This document shows, piece by piece, positions 41,801 to 52,600 of a stretch of DNA of 64,000 bases (position 1 is its first letter; each line of letters begins with the position of its first letter). The notes below the pieces were generated by a model that did no database searches, had not been told where the DNA came from, and was given only the letters and a program-made list of their open reading frames with translations. The position numbers and the translations under genes are program-made. The stretch is taken from NCBI GenBank assembly GCA_964270895.1, contig OZ185439.1; one strand, given 5' to 3'. The stretch is from Podarcis filfolensis. Lineage: Eukaryota.

Positions 41801-44800
41801 GAACATAGTAGAATGTGGATATTTAAATTTGCTGACCAATGTTCATCTTTCTTTAGCAACAACTCTTCCTCCAGAAACCACTAGTGAGTACCTACCTTTT
41901 TGCATGTAATTTTGCCACAGTGAACAGCCAAGGGAATAATGTGGTATTGGGCAGAAGATACAGCATGGAATTAAATTGCAGTGCCTTCTTACATCCCTTA
42001 TAATAATGGCATCTCAGGACCATCTGAGTACAATTGTGGTTGATGCTCTTTGGTGCTGAAAGAACGCGAAGCAGGAAGACCAACAGCAGATGGAGCCAGA
42101 GCACAGTCATCTAGGCAGCTTCCTAGTTGTCCCCATTCTCCTCCTTGCTCAGCTGTACAAAGCCAACACTGAGAAGGAGGAGGAAACTGACTAGCAGTGC
42201 CACCTCCTGGACTTGCACATAGGATGGTGGGCAGGCAGGCAGGGGGTGCAGCTGACAGCAGAATGAGGTTGGTGGGGCAGTGCCCCATTTGCTTTCACAA
42301 ATCAGCCTGACCCAAAGGTAGATTAATATTTGTTTTGACACAAAGTAGAAACAGAATAGGCTTTAAGCCTTTGAAAAATTGCATATGCAAACACACAAAC
42401 AACTGAAAGCATGGTCACCTTGCACTGGGATGTAAAGTTAACATTTTTGTTCCTTGCTTTCTGATCATCGCCTTCTGAGAAATCCTATATTTCCAGCCCC
42501 CTGAATTGGGTGTTCCCAATGTGCCTAGGTGAAATTTTAGTCCTAGATGCCTGGGGTCTGAGGGAAGAGCTAAAATGCAGTGCTAATGTTGCTGTAGAGG
42601 AGATTATCTCTACCATACCGTGCGTATAATTACAATTGAGCCTGGCTCTACAAAATGTTCTGTCTGTGTTCTTCAGCGCCCTTTCAGTGTGGTGGCATCC
42701 TCTCGGAACCTTTGGATATATCCATGGCCCTTTTTTAAAATGAACATAGTACAATGTGGATATTTAAATTTGCTGACCAATGTTCATCTTTCTTTAGCAA
42801 CAACTCTTCCTCCAGAAACCACTAGTGAGTACCTATCTTTTTCCATGTACCGGTAATTTTGCCACAGTGAACAGCAAAAGGAATAATGTAGTTTCGGGCA
42901 GAAGATACAGCATGGAATTAAAACGCAGTGCCTTCTTACATCCTTTATAATAATGGCATCTCAGGACCATCTGAGCAAGTGTGGTGTAGTGGTTAAGAGC
43001 GGTGGACTCGTAATATGGTGAACCGGGTTCGCGTCTCCACTCTTCCACATGCAGCTGCTGGGTGACCTTGGGCTAGTCACACTTCTTTGAAGTCTCTTAG
43101 CCCCACTCACCTCACAGAGTGTTTGTTGTGATGAAGGAAGGGAAAGGAGAATGTTAGCTGCTTTGAGACTCCTTTGGGGAGTGATAAAGCGGGATATCAA
43201 ATCCAAATCCAGAAGCGGCTTAATCATGCTGGCCACATGACCCGGAAGCTGTCTGCAGACAAACACCAGCTCCCTTAGGCTACAGAGTGAGATGAGCACG
43301 CAAACCAGGAGTCGTCCACGACTGGACCTAATGGTCAGGGGTACCTTTGCCTTTTGCTGAGCTGTATTAGGCATGGCATAGCAACCTGGATTTGGGTTAC
43401 AGCTTTATTCCCCATTTCCTTTCTTCGAGGGACAAACTACCATCAGCTTTTTAGAAATCTTCCATTTCTATCCTGATGCAGTAGTGCTGAGGCTAGATGC
43501 TTCTTGGGTTTGGTGGTCCACTAAAATATATCCAGTGTTAGTTATACTGAGTAGTATACCTTCAGGCCCTTACTACAAGGATGGCCACTTGTTCCACAGA
43601 TACTTTCCCCAATGATTCTTGGGAATTTTGGCTTGTTAAGGGTGTGGAGAATTGTTAGGAGACCCTCATCGCCCTCTCAAAGATACAGTTGTCAGAGTTC
43701 CATGGAGAGAAGGTCTGGTTGTTCAATGTTTGGCTTAATATCAACACATTCTACCACAATCTGATCGATTCTGTTCTTTTTTACTAGTTCTATCCACAAC
43801 TGGAGAACCGACCACTATAGTCACACAGTGTAAGTCTGAATGTAGAAACTTCTTTTGTGACCACACAGGGAAATAAGACACACAGATTGGGTGAACTGAG
43901 CCACATTTCATTTAACACTGCAAATCTGCAGAAGGGAACCAAGGTCAACCTCAGACATCTCCCTCTGCTCTCATGGAGGGAGATCTCATTATTTCTGTGG
44001 CCCACAGGACGTTTCCCCCAAGGGGCACAGGGTTGCTGGGTTCATTGGGTAAAAATACTGATGAATATTAATAGATAATAATGACATGCCTATTTCTTAC
44101 CAATGCATATCAATGTTTCTCTTTCTTTGTGAACAGCTCCTTCTACACCTCCTGGTGAGTCCTACTTTTTTTATTCCAAGTCTGAATCTTTCTCAATAGG
44201 CATGAAGTATGAAAGATACATAGTGTGGAATCAATTAAGAATTTGGGGGGGGGAGCTCTTAGGTGTGGTTGCTAGTACATATTTGAAAGTCTGAAAGTAT
44301 TAGTGATATATGTTCCAAAGGTAACTGAGTCATTATTTCAAAACTAGGAAGAAATTGAACCGACTTTTGAAAAACAGTTTGGAAAATTGAATGGAAATTG
44401 TGTGTTTGTGTGTGTGTGTGTAAGAAACTGGAAGCAATAGGTATTTTGTACTGAGCTGTATTAGGCATGGCATAGCAACCTGGCTTTTGGTTACAACTTT
44501 GTTCCCTATTTATTTTCTTCTAGGAACAAACTACCATCAGCTTTTTAGAAATCTTCCATTTCTATCCTGATGCAGTAGTGCTGAGGCTAGATGCTTCTTG
44601 GGTTTGGTGGTCCACTAAAATATATCCAGTGTTAGTTATACTGAGTAGTATACCTTCAGGCCCTTACTACAAGGATTGCCACTTGTTCCACAGATACTTT
44701 CCCCAAAGATTCTTGGGAATTTTAGCTTGTTAAGGGTGTGGAGAATTGTTAGGAGGCCCTCATCGCCCTCTCAAAGCTACAGTTGTCAGAGTTCCATGGA

Positions 44801-46586
44801 GAGAAGGTCTGGTTGTTCAATGTTTAGCTTAATATTAACACATTCTACCACAATCTGATTGATTCTGTTCTTTCTTACTAGTTCTATCCACAACTGGAGA
44901 ACCGACCACTATAGTCACACAGTGTAAGTCTGCATGTAGAAACCTCTTTTGTGACCACACAGGGAAATAAGACACACAGATTGGGTGAACTGAGCCACAT
45001 TTAATTTAACACTGCAAATCTGCAGAAGGGAACCAAGGTCAACCTCAGACATCTCCCTCTGCTCTCACGTAGGGAGATCTGATTATTTCTGTGGCCCACA
45101 GGACGTTTCCCCCAAGGGGCACAGGGTTGCTGGCTTCATTGGGTAAAAATACTGATGAATATTAACAGATAATAATGACATGCCTATTTCTTACCAATGC
45201 ATATCAATGTTTCTCTTTCTTTGTGAACAGCTCCTTCTACACCTCCTGGTGAGTCCTACTTTTTTTATTCCAAGTCTGAATCTTTCTCAATAGGCATGAA
45301 GTATGAAAGATACATAGTGTGGAATCAATTAAGAATTGGGGGGGGTGGAGCTCTTAGGTGTAGTTGCTAGTACATATTTGAAAGTTTGAAAGCATTCGTG
45401 ATATATGTTCCAAAGGTAACTGAGTCATTATTTCAAAACAAGGAAGAAATTGAACCAACTTTTGAAAAACAGTTTGGAAAATTGAATGGAAGTTGTGTGT
45501 GTGTAAGTAACTGGAAGCAATAGATATCTTGTCGTGAGCTGTATTAGGCACGGCATAGCAACCTAGCTTTTGGTTACAACTTTGTTTCCCATTTCTTTTC
45601 TTCTAGGAACAAACTACCATCAGCTTTTTAGAAATCTTCCATTTCTATCCTGATGCAGTAGTGCTGAGGCTAGATGCTTCTTGGGTTTGGTGGTCCACTA
45701 AAATATATCCAGTGTTAGTTATACTGAGTAGTATACCTTCAGGCCCTTACTACAAGGATGGCCACTTGTTCCACAGATACTTTCCCCAATGATTCTTGGG
45801 AATTTTGGCTTGTTAAGGGTGTGGAGAATTGTTAGGAGACCCTCATCGCCCTCTCAAAGCTACAGTTGTCAGAGTTCCATGGAGAGAAGGTCTGGTTGTT
45901 CAATGTTTGGCTTAATATCAACACATTCTACCACAATCTGATCGATTCTGTTCTTTTTTACTAGTTCTATCCACAACTGGAGAACCGACCACTATAGTCA
46001 CACAGTGTAAGTCTGAATGTAGAAACTTCTTTTGTGGCCACACAGGGAAATAAGACACACAGATTGGGTGAACTGAGCCACATTTCATTTAACACTGCAA
46101 ATCTGCAGAAGGGAACCAAGGTCAACCTCAGACATCTCCCTCTGCTCTCATGGAGGGAGATCTCATTATTTCTGTGGCCCACAGGACGTTTCCCCCAAGG
46201 GGCACAGGGTTGCTGGGTTCATTGGGTAAAAATACTGATGAATATTAATAGATAATAATGACATGCCTATTTCTTACCAATGCATATCAATGTTTCTCTT
46301 TCTTTGTGAACAGCTCCTTCTACACCTCCTGGTGAGTCCTACTTTTTTTATTCCAAGTCTGAATCTTTCTCAATAGGCATGAAGTATGAAAGATACATAG
46401 TGTGGAATCAATTAAGAATTGGGGGGGGGGGAGCTCTTAGGTGTGGTTGCTAGTACATATTTGAAAGTCTGAAAGTATTAGTGATATATGTTCCAAAGGT
46501 AACTGAGTCATTATTTCAAAACAAGGAAGAAATTGAACCAACTTTTGAAAAAGAGTTTGGAAAATTGAATGGAAATTTTATTTGTC

Positions 46587-46632
<46 letters not shown>

Positions 46633-49600
46633 TGTGTAAGTAACTGGAAGCGATAGATATCTTGTAGTGAGCTGTATTAGGCATGGCATAGCAACCTGGC
46701 TTTTGGTTACAACTTTGTTCCCCATTTCTTTTCTTCTAGGAACAAACTACCATCAGCTTTTTAGAAATCTTCCATTTCTATCCTGATGCAGTAGTGCTGA
46801 GGCTAGATGCTTCTTGGGTTTGGTGGTCCACTAAAATATATCCAGTGTTAGTTATACTGAGTAGTATACCTTCAGGCCCTTACTACAAGGATGGCCACTT
46901 GTTCCACAGATACTTTCCCCAAAGATTCTTGGGAATTTTAGCTTGTTAAGGGTGTGGAGAATTGTTAGGAGGCCCTCATCGCCCTCTCAAAGCTACAGTT
47001 GTCAGAGTTCCATGGAGAGAAGGTCTGGTTGTTCAATGTTTAGCTTAATATTAACACATTCTACCACAATCTGATCGATTCTGTTCTTTCTTACTAGTTC
47101 AGTCCACAACTGGAGAACTGACCACTAAAGTCATAGAGCGTAAGTCGGCATGTAGAAACTTCTTTTGTGACCACACCGGGAAATAAGACACACACATTGA
47201 GTGAACTGGGCCACATTTAATTTAACACTACAAATCTACAGAAGGGAACCAAGGTCAACCTCAGACATCTCCCTCTGCTCTGACAGAGGGAGATCTGATT
47301 ATTTCTGTGGCCCACAAGGAAGTTCCCTCAAGGGGCACAGGGTTGCTGGGTTCATTGGGTAAAAATACTGATGAATATTAACAGATAATAGTGGCATGTC
47401 TATTACTTACCAATGCTTATCAATGTTCCTCTTTCTTTTTGAACAGCTCCTACTCCTATTGGTGAGTCCTACTTTTTCATTACAAGGCTGAATCTTTCTC
47501 AATAGGCATGAAGTATGAAAGATAAATAGTGGGAAATTGATTACGAATGGGGGGGTGGAGCTCTTAGGTGTTATTGCTAGTGCATATTTGAAAGTTTGAA
47601 AGCATTCGTGATATATGTTCCAATGGTAACTGAGTCATTATTTCAAAACAAAGAAGAAATTGAACAGACTTTTGAATAAAGATTTTGGAAAATTGAATGG
47701 AATGTAAGTAGAATGTAAGCATAAGTCTGCATGCTTGAAACATCTTTTGTAACCACATAGGGAAATAAGATTCACAGACTGGGCGGAATGAGCCACATTT
47801 AATTTAACACAACAGATCTGCTGAAGGGAACCAAAGTGCACAATACTATCTTCAAATAGCAAACAGGGTGAACCGACTCTGACAAGAATAAGAGGCATCA
47901 TTTCACCTTAAGCCCCATAACTTAGATGGGGTTTTACAGGTTGGCCTCAAAGGTACTTCTTATTCTGTCAGTGGGTCTCACAACTCAGAAGGCAAGGCAA
48001 AGAAAAGTACCTAAGGGTGCTCACCAAACCTTAACTACCCGATAACTAATTAATTAACCTATTTAACAACAAAGTGATTTACAACCAACGAAACAGACAA
48101 GCAACTCTCACCCATGAGATGAAGTAAAACCAAGAGGAAAGAGAAATGCATTAAAAACATCCTGCCCACAAATATATTAGTAATTTAATAGGGGCAAGGA
48201 TATTGGAGGCCTCCAGCTTCAACCTAAAAGGGCCAATTATTTGCTTATTAATAACAGAAGGAGAGAGTTAATGCAATCAAGTTGGGGGAGGGAGGGAGGA
48301 AGATTTTAAATTAAGATGGATTTCATTTCACATTTCTCTGTACAAAATTCTATTTTGGCTTACATGCACAAAATATTGTGTTTTCTAGTATGTGGTGGCT
48401 CTCTCTACTTTCCAAATGGATCTTTCTCTGGACCATATTATCCTGGAAACGGTGCCATTATACAGTGTAGCTGGGAAATTCAAGTGAGCCCTGATAGACA
48501 AATAGTTCTCCAGTTTTCTTATATTAGGTAAGTGTAAGGAACTGAATGTTTTCCCATTTTCCACAGGCACCTGCACATGATGTTAATTCATGGTTTTGTC
48601 ATTACCTGAAGACTTTAATAGGTTATGGGTGGCTGTTCTTCTCTGTGCTTGAAAAGATAGATGTGCTGAGGTGTTTGCCTGAATTTGTAAGCACCAAACT
48701 ATGTAGGGAGGTCAGAATGTTTAAGCAAGCCCTGCCCTTAACCTGGCTGTCTGCTTTGCTCCTTCCCTCTCAGCCTCCAACTTTCTCTGTGTCACACAGG
48801 GAGGGTCTGCATAGAATTTCTACTTGTATTCACTTGAACACAAGCAGAACTCTCTGCATGAGGGACCCTGATTCTATCCAACAAACTTAGCATGTGATAG
48901 CCATCAGATTAAATCCTGCTAACTGGTCATGCGGTTCTGCCCTACACGAGATGAAATCCCATACAAATTAAAAACCTTCCAAAGAAAATACATCATAAAC
49001 ACATTTTTATTACAAACTCTACAAGTGGTAGATATTGGCCCTTTTCTGAAAACAAAAGGGTCCACTTTTTAATGCTTTCTTAGGAAATATGAAAGACAGG
49101 CCCTTTCACTGAGGCATTGAAAGATGAGTAAAAAAGACAAGTATTTTGTGAATCTTGTCTTTAAAGCAAATTATGCTGTTCCAGCCAGAGGAGACATCAT
49201 TCAATAGCAAAGTGGTTAAATTGTATGCATATATATTTGAATTCTTTGAATAAATTTGTAAATTTGAATATTTGAATTCTGGGCATTTTCAGGAGCAAGG
49301 CTGAGAAAGACCTATAACTGTGACACTGGAAAGCCATTGCCAGGTGGAGCAGACTGTACTGGACGTAATGGGCCAGAGGTCTGACATGACCTTGATATGT
49401 ACATAGGCATGCCACTCTTTTAGGTTGAGCTAATCTGGGATACATCTGAGAGCCTCATCAGCCACCTAGCTTATCACTCAGCTGACATTTACTGAAACAT
49501 CTCCATAGTATCATAGATGTAGGGTGGGGTTCTCACAGGCAGAACCAATCATAACATTACTTTAATATGTTCGGAATTCAGGTCAGCTCCACTGAATCTA

Positions 49601-52600
49601 TGTATTTACCTTTATATTTTGGCATATGTGTCACCAAAGAGAGAATCAAAGGGTGCTTGAATGTTCACTTGAATGTTCAATGTGGTATCTTTGCTCCTCA
49701 TATGTACATGTGATTTGCAGTGTCCAAACATTGTCATTGTCATCAAAATGCCAGCCCATATCTGCCCCCTCCTGGATTTATTATTTCCAGGGAAACCCTG
49801 ATAAGTAAAGAACGACAACGCTATTGCCAGTGAATCATTTGTGATAGTGACCCATTATGAAATTGAACCCCCATATATAAGCAACCTATGTAACATTTCT
49901 TTACTTAATGTGAAAATCTAATGTATGAAATGATGGCATAATTTTATACACAAAGAGTGACTTGCTGACCTACCTTTATACAGTCTGGACTGCAATAAAG
50001 AATATATTGTGATCTTCGATGGGTACCCGTATGCCTCCACTATTCTTGGAAGAACTTGCTCTGGCATCTATCTCAACTATACCTACATATCAACTTCCAA
50101 CACAATGACTATTCTGCTGCACAGAGATTCATATTACTCAGGAGATGGGTTTTATGCTTCTTACTATTCTATTCCACTAAGTAAGAGTTATCTATTTATC
50201 TAGTTCTAGGACATTTCTACTATCTGTTGTGTTAGATTAATGTTGTTCTGGTTTGAGGATGCAATGTAAGCTGAAAATCAACATATGTCTTGGGCAGAGA
50301 TGGGGAACTTGTGGTTCTCCAGATGGTCTCCAACTCCCATCAATCCCTGCCAGCATAGGCAAAGATCAGGGATGATGTGAGTTGTGATCTAGCAACATTG
50401 GGTGGGCCACAGGCTCCCCACCCTTTGTCTAGGATCATACCAATATACAAACCCATAGGCTGGTCGGATTATGGCACAGTTTCTGTGACCTATCCAGAGA
50501 TGAATAGGATATTTACTTTGCTTAACTTTTCCTGTTTGCATGAATGGTATCAGTTTGCAGTTGGATAGATCAAAGGTATTTTTCCTATGAGGGACCAAAG
50601 TAAGATCTGAATGCACAATTTTCTGCCATGTTAAAATTTCTAGCCCCTTGACATGCACACTTTGAAGAATAAGGCAATGCTTCACTTTAGCAACAACTGA
50701 AGCACCATCTCGCCACTGACACCTTTTTTTGTTAATGTTGTAGGAGAATATTTTATTCCACCAGGCTTTTTGTATGTTTTAAGCATCCTGATTTACTTGC
50801 ATTTCACTTTAAATGTTCTCCCTTTAATTGTATTGATATTTTTTTGCTGTATAAATAAGGTGTGTGCACGCGCGCGCACACACACACACACACACTGGTG
50901 ACTTTTGTCAACGAAGAATAGCTGCCATATGTTCCTAGGTTATTGGATATATTACTGCTAGGATCTTAACATCAGTGTAATAGTACTTTTATTGTACTAT
51001 TTGTTTACCTAAATAGGAACAGAAACAACTACTGAACCACCTCTCAATGAATCAACAGCTGGTAAGACCTTGTTCTTTTTCTTTAATGTCATTCATTTTA
51101 AATGCTCTCCCTTTAATTGTATTCTTGTATGATTAATGTGTGTGTGTTTGTGTGTGTGTGCGTGCACACACACACTGATGACCAATCAATGAAAAATATC
51201 TGCAATATATTACTAGGTTACTGGATAGATGACTGCTGGGATCTCGATATCTTCAGTGGAATATCTGTACTATTTATTTTGGTTCCTTTAATAGACTTAA
51301 CATTTGAATCAAGTGCTAGTGAAGCAACAACTGATAAGATGTTTTTCCTTTTCTTCTGTGTCTTTTGTTAGGTAATAAGGCAAATGGTTAAACATGACAC
51401 TCAAAGAAACTAGATGCTTCTTTTCACAGTTGTATGATTTAGGCACCTCTGAGCTTGCAGAGGATTGCATGCTCAAGATCCAGGGAAGCTGTTCTTCACC
51501 AAAGATATATCTGAAACCACTTGCTATCTTCTCTCTGTTGTGGAAAAGAAGCAGTAGATTTTACTCCTCAGGGAATGGCATTAGATTACACAGTAGAGGC
51601 ACTCTGAAAAGAACATTTTTCATATACTTAAATCCCAACAAAACGGAGTACAAGCAACACTGATTGTTTGTATAATGGTCTTTGTCATGGTGGAAGGGTG
51701 TAGCAGGTGAGGGCACAGAACTCAATGTTGTGACTACAATTTCCCAACTTTTTACCATTTAAATGCTAATTAGACACAAATTGATCTCCCTTTTGTTTTG
51801 TTTTTCATTTGTACAGCTCTTCCTACAAGTTTAGCACCAGTTCCTGCAAGAAGTAAGTTCCAATTTCTCCCTAAAACATGCATGTGAAAATTGCAGATTT
51901 TGCTGATTTGGGTTGCCTAGCTGAAAAGTCTGTGTGTTCAAAGGAAACATTGAAACTGAGTATTCCAAATACTTCAAATTTCTGAAAACGTGGTAAAGCC
52001 GTTCCATGGCAGCTTCTTTATGAGCTCAAACAAGCCCCCGCTTGCCTGACATATCATTCACCAAGGTTGCCCCTACTCATAAGTAAATGTAAAAAACATT
52101 ACAGTATTTAATATGGTTTCTATGTGCCCCATTCAGCGCTCTCGTGTTCCGGAGAATACATGCTTGCACGCATCAGCAGGGACTATCTTGGGTTGCTGGG
52201 CTACAATGCAAGCGAAGTATCCCTGAATACTTCAGACCCCTTCTGCACACCTCAGATTACTCAAGACTATGTGGTCTTCGAGGTACCATATAGTGGGTGT
52301 GGCACAGTAAGAAAGGTAAGACAATGCGTTCTTAAAAATATTGTCAGTATCCAATGCACTTGTTCTGTTTGTGCAAGGATTTTTGCATGTGCTATGGAAC
52401 TTCTCCGCTATCCTCTCCCTGCACATCTCACACCCTCCTCAAATCTATTTCAGGGTTGTTGGAAACCCCAGAAGAGATTTAAGGGGTTGTGGTCAGAGGA
52501 GGGGGGAAAGTTCTGCTGCACAAGCTTAAATCCTTGCAATGATGGAACTAGTTACTCAGTACCACATTGGGTACTGCACATTATCTGTTATCTGGTTCGT

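Larger units (their letters stand above)
36745..44455 (+). repeat. Near-identical 3755-bp tandem duplication
   Basis: 14 ORF-track entries recur with identical translations at +3755 (e.g. 36750/40505, 38137/41892, 40102/43857). Confidence 0.95.
26190..47700 (+). repeat. Mosaic low-copy repeat array carrying the PTS micro-exons (interrupted by unique CUB2 region, about 31200-34880)
   Basis: Module A (about 1.5 kb) starts near 26190, 29695, 37499, 41254. Module B (about 1.1 kb, LSTTGEP + PSTPP exons) has exons at 28455, 36277, 40033, 43788, 44882, 45965, 47098. Repeated near-identical translations appear in the ORF track. Confidence 0.95.

Noticed and set aside
26379-46725. Recurrent minus-strand ORFs (e.g. 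MTVLWLHLLLVFLLR..., MKNQRRPIAG...) resembling a small secreted gene family
   Set aside because: They recur because the DNA is duplicated; no coherent splice structure or domain, and they lie antisense within gene 2 introns.
26190-47700. Repeat-spacer-like periodicity suggesting CRISPR or a programmed rearrangement system
   Set aside because: Eukaryotic intron-exon duplications of 1-4 kb with near-identical interiors; no unique spacers, cas genes or recombination-signal motifs seen.
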